The notes under the pieces were generated by a model. The model saw nothing but the letters and a program-made list of their open reading frames with translations, was not told the origin of the DNA and searched no databases. DNA of 64,000 nucleotides, taken from Dehalococcoidia bacterium. GTDB lineage: Bacteria > Chloroflexota > Dehalococcoidia > SHYB01. The position numbers were made by a program, and so were the translations under genes. This document shows positions 39,184 through 49,506 of this stretch, piece after piece. Location: NCBI GenBank assembly GCA_965219875.1, contig CBDCOW010000001.1, positions 1,036,468 to 1,100,467 of the forward strand. The letters are read 5' to 3'. Positions within the stretch are counted from its first letter, which is position 1. The number at the start of each line of letters is the position of its first letter.

Positions 39184-40396
39184 CCCCGGCGCCCATGCGC
39201 CGCTTCGGGGCCTCCGCGTCGTCGACTTCGGTCAGATGATCGCCGTACCGGTGCTTGGGCAATGGCTGGGCCGCCTGGGGGCCGAGGTCATCCTGGTGGA
39301 GAGCCGCGTCAACCTGCCGTCCCGGGCGTTCGGCCCATTCGCGAACGAGCCGGGGCCCAATACGTCATCGATCTTCAACTACATGAACCGGAACAAACGC
39401 TCCTGCACGTTGAATCTTCGCGCCCCTCGCGGGGTGGAGCTAGCGAAGCGGCTCGTCTCGGTCAGCGACATCGTGCAGGAGAACTTCTCGCCGGGCGTCA
39501 TGGAACGCCTCGGGCTGGGCTACGAGGACCTCGCCGCGGTCAAGCCCGACGTCATCCTCCTCTCGCTGAGCGCATTCGGGGCGACCGGCCCGTGGAGCCG
39601 GTACGCCGCGCTCCACAGCGGCGTGACGCTCCTGAGCGGACTGGCCGCGGTGACCGGCTACGCCAACGATCGTCCCCGCATGGTGGGCAGCTCCCTCCCC
39701 GACCCGATCGCCGGGGTGTACGGCCTGCTCGCCCTAGCGCAGGCGTTGCGCCATCGCGCCGCCTCCGGCAGGGGCCAGCGCATCGACCTCGCCATGACCG
39801 AGGCGGTGCAGGCCCTGTTGCCCGACGCGATAGCGGAGTGTACGTTGTCGGTGCGAGAGCCGGAGCGCATCGGCAACCGCCATCGCCGGAAAGCGCCGCA
39901 CGGCGTCTACCGCGCCCGCGGCGACGACGAGTGGCTGGCCCTGTCCGTTGGCGGTGAGGCACAGTGGGAGGCCCTGAAAACGGCTATCGGGGAGGACCAG
40001 GCGACGAACGACCCGCGCTTCGCCACCGAAGCGGACCGCCGCGCGAATCATGACGCTTTAGACGGCGTTATCAAGGCGTGGACGAAAGAGCGCGACGCCC
40101 GGGAAGCGGCGCGGGTCCTTCAGGCGTCCGGGGTCCCCGCCGCCTACGCCGTTAACGAGCGGGAGCTCCTGGCCGACCCGCATCTGAACGATCGAGGGTT
40201 CGTCGTTCAGGACGATCACCCCGATGCCGGGACGCATCCGATGGCGGGGATACCGTGGCGGTTCCGCCGAGCCTCTCTGGAGGAGAGCCGTCCCGCCCCG
40301 ACGTTGGGCCAAGACAACGACTACGTCTTTCACGGCATACTGGGCCTGGACCGAGCCGAGATTTCTGAACTGGAACGCGAGCGAGTTATACACTGA
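39176..40396 (+). CDS. Class III CoA-transferase, BbsF-like subunit
   Basis: LRGLRVVDF, NRNKRSCTLNL, SLPDPIAG, APHGVY, APTLGQDN. Confidence 0.9.
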   Translation: MANPGAHAPLRGLRVVDFGQMIAVPVLGQWLGRLGAEVILVESRVNLPSRAFGPFANEPGPNTSSIFNYMNRNKRSCTLNLRAPRGVELAKRLVSVSDIVQENFSPGVMERLGLGYEDLAAVKPDVILLSLSAFGATGPWSRYAALHSGVTLLSGLAAVTGYANDRPRMVGSSLPDPIAGVYGLLALAQALRHRAASGRGQRIDLAMTEAVQALLPDAIAECTLSVREPERIGNRHRRKAPHGVYRARGDDEWLALSVGGEAQWEALKTAIGEDQATNDPRFATEADRRANHDALDGVIKAWTKERDAREAARVLQASGVPAAYAVNERELLADPHLNDRGFVVQDDHPDAGTHPMAGIPWRFRRASLEESRPAPTLGQDNDYVFHGILGLDRAEISELERERVIH

Positions 40397-40427
40397 GCGC
40401 CACCATGGGACGTGAGGAGAGGCCGAC

Positions 40428-41630
40428 ATGAAACAAGGCTACCGGTTTATAGATTGCGACATGCACGTGATGGAGCCCGACAACATTTTCGAGCGGTTCC
40501 TCGACCCCGCCTTCGCCTCCAGGGTCACGACGCCGATGCACCTCGACGGCGGGGGCAAGGCGTTCACGCAACGCTGGCTGATCGACGGAAAACCCAACGA
40601 CGCTGATCACGTGATGCTCCAGTATGACAAGTCATACGAACCCCTGGCCGCGGCGTTGGAGAACCCAGACGTCCTCTTCGCCCTCGACGCCGGCTACGAC
40701 GCCCCGTCCTTCATCAAGGGTATGGACATCGAGGGCGTCGACATCGCGGTGCTTTTCCCCAGCGCCGGGCTCAATTTCATCGCCCGCCCCGACCTGGACC
40801 CTCTGCTGTCCAACGCCATCGCGCGGGCGTACAACGATTGGCTCTACGACTTTTGCAGCCATAGCCCGGACCGGCTGAAGCCCGCATGCATGCTGCCAGT
40901 CCACGACGTGAATCTGGCCTGTCAGGAACTTGTGCGAGCCGTGCGGGAGCTTGGCGCCGTCGGAGCCTATGTCCGTCCGAACCCCTTGCCGGGCAAGTAC
41001 TGGCATTCGAAACACTGGGACCCGCTCTTCGCCCTCCTTGAGGAGCTGGACGTCCCCTTCTGCTTCCATGAGGGTACGGGGAGCCACCTCGCGGCGGTTG
41101 AGCAGCGGTTCGGCTCGAACCGCTTCATGCGCCACGTCGCCAGCCACCCGACGGAGATGCAGCTGGCCCTCATCGCCATGATGATCGGCGGCGTCTTCGA
41201 GTTTCACCCCAAGCTCAACGTGGCCTTTCTCGAAGCTCAGAGCTGGTGGGTCCCCGGCGTGCTCGACCGGATGACGTGGGACCTCCAGCATCACCGGGCG
41301 CACGTTCCATTCCTCAAGATGTCGTTCCTCGAGTACTGGCAGCGGAACTGCTATTCGTCCATCGAGGGTACCGAGCGCGACGTTGGGGCGGTCGTGGACC
41401 TTATCGGCGCGGACCACCTCTGCGTGACCACCGACTTCCCCCACTTCGATTCCAACTTCCCCAACGTCTCGAACGCCGTGCTCGCCAATTCCAGCATCAC
41501 GCCCGAAATAGGGGGGCGGATCCTCTCCGGCGGCGGCCGCCTCTACGGCTTCGGCGAAGAGCACTTCGGGAAGTCGGACGCCGCTCTGCCCGACTGGAGC
41601 AAGGTCAACGAGGTCCAGGGCGCCGGCTAG
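40428..41630 (+). CDS. Amidohydrolase (Amidohydro_2)
   Basis: IDCDMHVMEP, AYNDWL, FHEG, TTDFPHFD. Confidence 0.9.
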   Translation: MKQGYRFIDCDMHVMEPDNIFERFLDPAFASRVTTPMHLDGGGKAFTQRWLIDGKPNDADHVMLQYDKSYEPLAAALENPDVLFALDAGYDAPSFIKGMDIEGVDIAVLFPSAGLNFIARPDLDPLLSNAIARAYNDWLYDFCSHSPDRLKPACMLPVHDVNLACQELVRAVRELGAVGAYVRPNPLPGKYWHSKHWDPLFALLEELDVPFCFHEGTGSHLAAVEQRFGSNRFMRHVASHPTEMQLALIAMMIGGVFEFHPKLNVAFLEAQSWWVPGVLDRMTWDLQHHRAHVPFLKMSFLEYWQRNCYSSIEGTERDVGAVVDLIGADHLCVTTDFPHFDSNFPNVSNAVLANSSITPEIGGRILSGGGRLYGFGEEHFGKSDAALPDWSKVNEVQGAG

Positions 41631-41641
41631 GGCCGCCCTCG

Positions 41642-42910
41642 ATGGCCCTGGCCTCGCCCATCCGGCGGCTTCGCTCCATGCACCGGGCATGGTCGCTCCT
41701 CGCCGTGGCGTTCGCCGCCCTGTTCATCCTGGGGGGCGCCCGCAATTCCGTTGGGGTGCTCTACAAGCCGATGGTCGAGGACTTCGGCGGCGGGCGGTTC
41801 GGCCTGGCCGGCGCCCTAACCTTGGGTCAGGTCATGCTGGGCGTGGGCTACGTCGCCGCCGGGCTGGCGATGGACCGGTTCGGGCCCCGCCGCGTGATCC
41901 CCGTCTTCGCGCTGATGCACTTGGTGGGCAATCTGTTGGTCGCGAGAGCCGGGCATCTCTGGGAAGTCTACCTGGGGTGGGGCATTCTGAGCGCGCTGGC
42001 CTTTGGCGTCGGCGTCGGCCCGTTCCTGGCAATCGTGACCCGCTGGTTCAAACGGCACCAGGGGCTGGCGCTAGGCATCACCGCCTCGGCGGCGCAGCTG
42101 GGCGTCGTGACGTTCTCGCCGTTGGCCTCGCTCATGGCCGACGGGCCGGGCTGGCGGTGGGCGTTTGTCTTCTTGGCCACGGTGCCGTTCCTGGCGCTGC
42201 TGGTCGCGGCCGTCATGATCCGCGGCAAGCCCCAGGACGTCGGCCTGCAACCCTACGGCGCGGAGTCCCGCACGGAAGCGCCTCCGGCCCCCGCGGCGCC
42301 GTCCGTCACGTCATTCGGCGCCGTCGTCGGCATCGCATTGCGCCGGAGGCCCCTCCGGCTACTGCTTGCGGCCTACGTGGCCGTCAACGTGGGAACCGGA
42401 GTCGTCCTGTTCCACTTGGTCAACTTTGGGACCGACGAGGGCCTTTCCTCCGTGATGGCCGCCGGCCTCCTGTCCGCGATGAGCGGCGTCAGTATCGCCG
42501 GGCGCGTGGCGTTCGGCGTTCTGTCGGAACGCTTCCGCGTAGAGCGGCTGTTCACCATCGCTATCATCATGATGGGCGCCGGCTTGGCGATACTCCCGGC
42601 GCTTGGTGGAGCGCCTGGATACTATCTCTTCGCCTCGACGTTTGGCTTCTTCCTGGGAGGCACCGTCGTGTTCATGCCCATGATGGGACGAGCGTTGTTC
42701 GGGGAAGAGTTCCTCGCCTCGATGGTCGGAATCGTGTTGCTCGCCGTGAACGTTGGGTCGGCCTTGGGGGCGCTTCTGGGCGGCGCCGTGTTCGACGCGA
42801 CCGACTCGTACACCTTGGCCTTCCTCGTGGCCGCCGGCGTCGTGGGACTTGGCGCGCTGCTGACGCTTCCGGTGCGCTTGTCCGGTACCGGGGCCGAAGT
42901 CCGCCCATGA
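41642..42910 (+). CDS. MFS transporter (MCT/OFA-like)
   Basis: About 12 TM segments, GLAMDRFGPRR, WFKRHQGLALG, GGAVFDATDSY; start may be 41678. Confidence 0.88.
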   Translation: MALASPIRRLRSMHRAWSLLAVAFAALFILGGARNSVGVLYKPMVEDFGGGRFGLAGALTLGQVMLGVGYVAAGLAMDRFGPRRVIPVFALMHLVGNLLVARAGHLWEVYLGWGILSALAFGVGVGPFLAIVTRWFKRHQGLALGITASAAQLGVVTFSPLASLMADGPGWRWAFVFLATVPFLALLVAAVMIRGKPQDVGLQPYGAESRTEAPPAPAAPSVTSFGAVVGIALRRRPLRLLLAAYVAVNVGTGVVLFHLVNFGTDEGLSSVMAAGLLSAMSGVSIAGRVAFGVLSERFRVERLFTIAIIMMGAGLAILPALGGAPGYYLFASTFGFFLGGTVVFMPMMGRALFGEEFLASMVGIVLLAVNVGSALGALLGGAVFDATDSYTLAFLVAAGVVGLGALLTLPVRLSGTGAEVRP

Positions 42911-42973
42911 ACGTCGGGGAGCGCAATGCATGACTCGTGGCTGACCCTGGGCACGGCCTTCGGCGATAGCCGG

Positions 42974-43024
42974 TCACCGCGCCGCGTACTTGGTTAGCCA
43001 GTACTCCATGCTGTCGGCTAGGGC
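42974..43024 (-). pseudogene. Orphan C-terminus resembling citramalate synthase
   Basis: ALADSMEYWLTKYAAR*, like the CimA/LeuA-type AL.DS.EY.L end. Confidence 0.55.
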
Positions 43025-43139
43025 GCCGTGGTGGTGGTCGTCGCCGTCCCGCTCTTGACGCCCAAGCCTTCGGGTGAGGTCGTGGCGCTGTTCGACAAGG
43101 TCAACGGCGATAGCCGTCCTCGTTAGCCGCCCCGGTGAC

Positions 43140-43287
43140 TCACGTCCGCGCGGATGCGCCACCCCTGAGCGTCGGCAAGGCTCGAATGCGTTCGCCGGCC
43201 TTCTCCTCGGCGAGCCGCAGTTCGTAGATTTTCTGCAAGTTCAGCCAGAACTCTGGACTGGCGCCAAAGAAATGGCCCGCAGGGCCG
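43140..43287 (-). pseudogene. C-terminal fragment of a HigA antitoxin
   Basis: ALR / [28 protein letters not shown]...*, with a frameshift at the start. Confidence 0.75.
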
Positions 43288-43440
43288 ATTGGAGCCGGGC
43301 CAGCCGCCCTCGATGAAGTCCACGCCCAGCGCGTCGAGCTTGCGCGCGATCTGAATTTTGTCCTCGACGGAAAAGGAAATCCCCTCCGTCTACGATCCGT
43401 CGCGAAGCGTGGTGTCGTAGATTTCGATGTGTGTCGTCAT
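43288..43440 (-). pseudogene. cimA: 5' fragment of citramalate synthase with internal stop
   Basis: [50 protein letters not shown]; TAG replaces the conserved Gln. Confidence 0.85.
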
Positions 43441-43459
43441 GGCCGTGAGGGGCTGGCGG

Positions 43460-45304
<1,845 letters not shown>

Positions 45305-45517
45305 CGCCCCTCGATTATCGCACGCCGCCACTGTCTTAACCCGCTCTCTGCTGGGAGGATCGGGGGCGGCCACGGGCGACTGGATAGGGGGCGCCCTCTC
45401 TCAATCTCCCCCAGAGGGGACCTTTGTTTAACCGGGGTGACTGACCGCGAAGGTGGGCGAACTCCGATAACCCGTGGTGGTTGCGAGGCGGCCCCTCATC
45501 TCAATCTTCTCCCGTTG

Positions 45518-46732
45518 GAGACCTTTGCGTAACCGGGATGTGGTTGTGGTGGTGACGCGGGGGCCTGTTCGAGGCCATGAGGGTGGTGTTGTTTGCGGAC
45601 TCGGCGGCTTGAGGAGCCCCCTGCGAGGACCGATCGGGCCCTCAGCGGGCCCGATTTTGGCCCCGCCAGGCTGCTAGGGCGCACTCCGCCCTGGGACGGG
45701 TGCGTCGACAGCCAGGAGGCGCGCCGCCCGGCGCAGGTTGTAGGCCATGCACTTGAGCCACAGCTCCGTCGCGTTCCGCTCCAGTCCCATGTACCGCACC
45801 TGTCCATACCCGTAGCAGCGCTTCAGGGTTCCGAACACCTTCTCGACCGGCGCACGCACGCGGGAGATCAGCGCGTTCCGCCGCGTTTGCCAATGCGGCA
45901 GCTCCCGCTGGTGCTTGTGCGACCGATGCATGATCCGGTCTTTGATCCCCCGCGACTTCAGCCGGGCGCGCCGTTCCTTCGACTCGTAGGCCTTGTCCGC
46001 GTAGACCGCCGCCTCGTCCCCCGACACCAAGGCGTCCGCCGCCTCGGTATCGTTCACGTTCGCGCTCGTCAGCACCGCCTTCCGTATCAGTCCCGACTCC
46101 CCGTCCACTCCCAGGTGCGCTTTGTACCCAAAGTGGGCCGCGCCCCCTTTCCGCGTCCATCCCGCGTCGGGGTCGGTCGCGCTCCGCGCTCCAGGGCCTT
46201 CCTCCACCGACGGCCGCCGCGCCTGCGCCTTCACGATCGTCGCGTCGAGGAGCGTCCCCTGCTTCACCAGCAGCCGCTGTTCCTCCAACTGGCGGCTCAC
46301 CTCGGCGAACAGCCGCTCGGTGAGCCCCCGTTCGGTCAACGCTTTCCGGAAACGGCTGATCGTCGAGTGGTCCGGCGTCCCGTCCGTCCAGCCCAGGTTC
46401 ACGAATCGGCGGAAAGAGATCCGGTCTCGCAACGCCTCCTCCATCGCCGGGTCCGACGCCCGGTACCACTGCTGCAGCAGCGCGATCTTCACCATCGTCA
46501 GCGGCGGGTAGCCGGGCCTCCCCTCGGGCGAGGCGTGCACTTCCCCCACCACTTTCCCGATCCGTTCCCAGTCCAACATCGCCTCGATATGTTCTAGCGT
46601 CTTGTTCGTCCCAAGCCCTTCCGGCACAAAGGCGTCCACGAATGTTGGCAGACCGGTCTGCTGGTGCATGCTTCCCTCCATCCGAGCGCTGCCCTCTACT
46701 CTGCCCCGCCCGTCCAGTTTTGCAAAGGTCTC
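45518..46732 (-). mobile_element. IS5-family insertion sequence
   Basis: TIRs GAGACCTTTGCGTAAC / GTTTTGCAAAGGTCTC; flanking direct repeat CGTTG (45513-45517, 46733-46737); transposase inside. Confidence 0.93.
45674..46669 (-). CDS. IS5-family DDE transposase
   Basis: GRPGY, LLQQWY..SDPAMEEAL.DR.SFRRF, PDHSTISRFR, LDATI, GYKAH, YADKAY, RAPVEKVFG. Confidence 0.95.
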   Translation of the reverse strand: MHQQTGLPTFVDAFVPEGLGTNKTLEHIEAMLDWERIGKVVGEVHASPEGRPGYPPLTMVKIALLQQWYRASDPAMEEALRDRISFRRFVNLGWTDGTPDHSTISRFRKALTERGLTERLFAEVSRQLEEQRLLVKQGTLLDATIVKAQARRPSVEEGPGARSATDPDAGWTRKGGAAHFGYKAHLGVDGESGLIRKAVLTSANVNDTEAADALVSGDEAAVYADKAYESKERRARLKSRGIKDRIMHRSHKHQRELPHWQTRRNALISRVRAPVEKVFGTLKRCYGYGQVRYMGLERNATELWLKCMAYNLRRAARLLAVDAPVPGRSAP

Positions 46733-46828
46733 CGTTGAGAGAAGAGGCAAGACCTCCCGGCCCTACCCATGCTTGAGCCCGAGGGCGGGTTGCGCAAAGG
46801 TTTCCGGTGGGTGAGAGGGCGGCGGGGA

Positions 46829-46852
46829 GGGCGAGTCGCGACTCGCCCCTAG
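46829..46852 (-). repeat. REP palindrome variant
   Basis: GGGCGAGTCGCGACTCGCCCCTAG, with compensatory changes relative to 504-527. Confidence 0.65.
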
Positions 46853-47040
46853 GGGAGGGAGGCCCCGCTGCGCGGCGCGGCTACGCAGCGGCGCCTAAGG
46901 GGTTGCGATGCGCCAGAGGTTGATCTCGGTGTTGGCGGCGGCGCCGAAGACGTAGAGCGCGCCGGCGTGACTGAAGCGCGCCGGTGGACCCGCGCCGGGG
47001 CCGAGCATCGGGCCCCGGCTTGTGGTGAGCGGACGTGCCG

Positions 47041-47778
47041 CTAGCCCAGGTGCTTGGAGAACCACGCGAGGGTGCGCTCCCAAGCGTCGTCAGCGGACGC
47101 CTTGTGGTAGCTGGGGCGGTCGTCGCAGAAGAAGCCGTGATTCGCGCCGGGGTAGATCTTGAAGTCGTGCTCCTTGCCCATCTCCGTGAGCAGGGCGTCG
47201 ACCTCATTCACGTCCTCCGGCGGAGGGTTCTTGTCGAGCTCGCCGAAGCAGCCGAGGACGGGTGCCGTGAGCAGCTCGGAGTAACCGTGCGGCGACAGCG
47301 GCCGGCGGCTGTGCGTCTCGCGAGTTATCAGCCCGCCGGAGTAGTAGACCGCCGCCGCTTTGACGTCGCGGTTCAGGCAGGCGCAGAGCCAGGAGAGCGT
47401 TCCGCCCATGCAGTAGCCCGTGGTGGCGATCTTGGAGGCGTCGGCCTTGTCCAGCGTCTTGATGAAGTCGATCACGACGCGGAAGTCGGCGTTGGTCTGC
47501 ACGTCGTTCATCCCCTGCATCAATGGCATGATCTTGGGGATTTCTTCGTAGCCGACGACGATGCCGGGGCCGTTGCGGTAGTACATGTCGGGCGAGACGG
47601 CGACGTAGCCTTCTCGGGCGAAGCGATTGGTGACGTCCTTGATGTGGCCGTTTACGCCAAAGGCCTCTATGAAGACGATGACGACGGGGTAGCCGCCGCC
47701 CGACGCGGGCTCGGCGACGTAGATGGGCATGACGCCGCCATCGCCGGCGGCGTCGACGGTCCGGGTCGTGATTTCCAT
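47041..47778 (-). CDS. Dienelactone hydrolase family
   Basis: EAFGVN, GYCMGG, YPGANHGFFCD.R.SY, AWERTLAWF. Confidence 0.92.
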   Translation of the reverse strand: MEITTRTVDAAGDGGVMPIYVAEPASGGGYPVVIVFIEAFGVNGHIKDVTNRFAREGYVAVSPDMYYRNGPGIVVGYEEIPKIMPLMQGMNDVQTNADFRVVIDFIKTLDKADASKIATTGYCMGGTLSWLCACLNRDVKAAAVYYSGGLITRETHSRRPLSPHGYSELLTAPVLGCFGELDKNPPPEDVNEVDALLTEMGKEHDFKIYPGANHGFFCDDRPSYHKASADDAWERTLAWFSKHLG

Positions 47779-47885
47779 GCTTGTGTCTCCTTGTTGCTTG
47801 CGGTAGGGCCGCGGCCTCGCGCCGCGGGCGGCGTCATCGTACACCACGCCGCCCCAGCCGTCCTATTCGCTTGGGGTGCGATTTA

Positions 47886-48344
47886 TTAGGACAGGTTGAA
47901 GAGGGCGCCCACCATGCCCCCAAAGACGAGGTGGCGGACGAGCGAGGCTGCGGCGTACTCCGCGCCGAGGTTGCTCATGAAGAGGCCGGGGGGCTTCATG
48001 CGCCCCGCTTGGATCTCGCGGTGAACGTCGCCGAACGGGTCCATCGCGAGCATGACGAGCGCCCAGTGGACGACGCCGGCGAGCAGGCCGATCCACCAGT
48101 TCGGGCGCACGTCGAGGATGAGGAAGGCGAAGGCGTAGAGAAAGGCGAAGACGACGCCCATGCCGAAGTGCATGAGCGCCCCGTAGTAGGGAGCACGGTT
48201 GCGCGGCAGGCGCAGCATGCTCCCCAAGATGAGGGTGACGTCGGTGCGGGGCAGGCCCACCACGGGCAGGGCGTACATCACGACCGTCATGACGCCGGTG
48301 GCGGCGAGCCCGACCCAGACCGAGTCTCCAAGGTTCAGGTCCAT
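47886..48344 (-). CDS. Hypothetical integral membrane protein
   Basis: About four hydrophobic helices, H..MG.VFA and HLVFG motifs. Confidence 0.75.
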   Translation of the reverse strand: MDLNLGDSVWVGLAATGVMTVVMYALPVVGLPRTDVTLILGSMLRLPRNRAPYYGALMHFGMGVVFAFLYAFAFLILDVRPNWWIGLLAGVVHWALVMLAMDPFGDVHREIQAGRMKPPGLFMSNLGAEYAAASLVRHLVFGGMVGALFNLS

Positions 48345-48617
48345 GCCTCTCTCCGTGGGGGCCGGAGTCCCGCTACTCTAGCACGCGAGGGCTGGGGTGT
48401 GGCACGCGGCTTCGTCCTGGATTTCGGCTCCGCCAGAACCGGCAGATCCAACGCCGTATTCCCGCGCGTAGTACCGTTTGGACGCCGGGCTGGAAGCTGC
48501 GTGGATGGGGAGAATCCATGCTGAGATGTGGAGATAGCGGGGATAAGAGGGTAGTTGACGCGGCGTAGCCGAGGTTAGAGTATTGAGAGGCGCCCGTCGA
48601 CGCCAAGGGCCCACGCG

Positions 48618-49382
48618 ATGATGAAGAGACTTTCGCCACGTTTTGCCGCTCTCTTCGCCGCGATTGTCGCGGCGGCCCTCGTCATCTCGGCGTGTGGAAG
48701 CGACGACCCCGCGCCCGCGCCCACCCAACCCCCGGCGCAGCCGACGACGGCTCCCTCGCAACCGTCGCCGACGCCGCAGCCCCCTGCCACGGACCCGCCG
48801 CCCGCGGCCACCGCCACGGCCACGGAGGCTGCGATGGCGAAGACGCCCGAGGCCACCTCCGCGCCAGAGGCGACGGTTGCCGCGACCGCTAGGCCAATAC
48901 CCACCGCGACGCGGGCTACCGAAGCCCCCAGCGAGCCGCCCGCCGACTTGGCGACCGACTTCACCCTGCTGAGCGCCAGCGGCGAGACTGTGTCCCTCTC
49001 CTCCTACCGAGGGCAGCAGGCGGTCATCCTCGTCTTCTCCCGAGGCTTGTGGTGAACCATCTGCCGTCAGCAGCTCGTGGAGCTGCAAGGTGAGTACGAA
49101 TCGCTCCAGGCCGAAGGCATCGAGGTGCTGTCGGTCAGTACCGACGACGAGAGTTCCGCCGGCCTCGCGGACCGCTTGGGCTTCGAATACCCCATACTGT
49201 TCAACCCCGAGCACGACGTGATCGAGCAGTACGGGGTCTTTAACCTCCACGGCGACGGCTTTGCCGCGCACGCGGTCTTCGTCGTTGATCGGGACGGGGC
49301 GATTCGGTGGAAGCACATCAGTAGGACCACCTACGACACGCCGTCCACGGGGGATGTGATCGAGAGGGCGAGAGCGCTCTAG
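48618..49382 (+). CDS. Predicted selenoprotein: AhpC/TSA peroxiredoxin-like lipoprotein, copy 1 (UGA 49053-49055 = Sec)
   Basis: Lipobox ISAC, PAT linker, DFTL..GETVSLS, VFSRGLW-UGA-TICRQQL continuing in frame into ORF 49077-49382 (FVVDRDGAIRW). Confidence 0.85.
49070..49086 (+). promoter_or_regulatory. Bacterial SECIS-like hairpin
   Basis: GCAGCTC-GTG-GAGCTGC, a 7-bp stem whose G-containing loop begins 21 nt after the UGA. Confidence 0.65.
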
Positions 49383-49400
49383 ACGCCGCATGGGCCAGGG

Positions 49401-49460
49401 CTAGTTCGAGTCGAAGCCCTGGTCGATCTCCTTAAGGAAGCGCTCGATCTCGGGTGCCAG
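49401..49460 (-). pseudogene. Duplicated 3' end of the PAC2 gene
   Basis: Near-identical to 50518-50577; encodes LAPEIERFLKEIDQGFDSN*. Confidence 0.85.
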
Positions 49461-49506
49461 AAGGTTGGAGTATGGAGACTGCGCGTCGACACCGACGGCA
49501 ATTAAG

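Larger units (their letters stand above)
45417..46804. mobile_element. MITE (paralogue of 247-413) interrupted by the IS5 element
   Basis: Degenerate TIRs GGGACCTTTGTTTAAC / GTTGCGCAAAGGTTTC; removing the IS and one duplicated target gives a near-copy of 247-413. Confidence 0.75.

Noticed and set aside
43390-43392. In-frame TAG in the cimA fragment as pyrrolysine
   Set aside because: It replaces a conserved Gln (CAG to TAG) and the gene is truncated 34 codons later.
46895-47010. Small minus-strand frame ...HAGALYVFGAAANTEINLWRIATP*
   Set aside because: May be a gene remnant, but I cannot assign a family or parent, so it is not called as a feature.
48345-48617. Long intergenic region checked for tRNA-Sec or a riboswitch
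   Set aside because: No cloverleaf, TPsiC-arm GTTCRA motif in a tRNA context, or recognisable aptamer found by eye.
49077-49382. Independent 101-aa ORF (and 50188-50496)
   Set aside because: No RBS and only half a thioredoxin fold; better explained as the post-UGA part of a selenoprotein.
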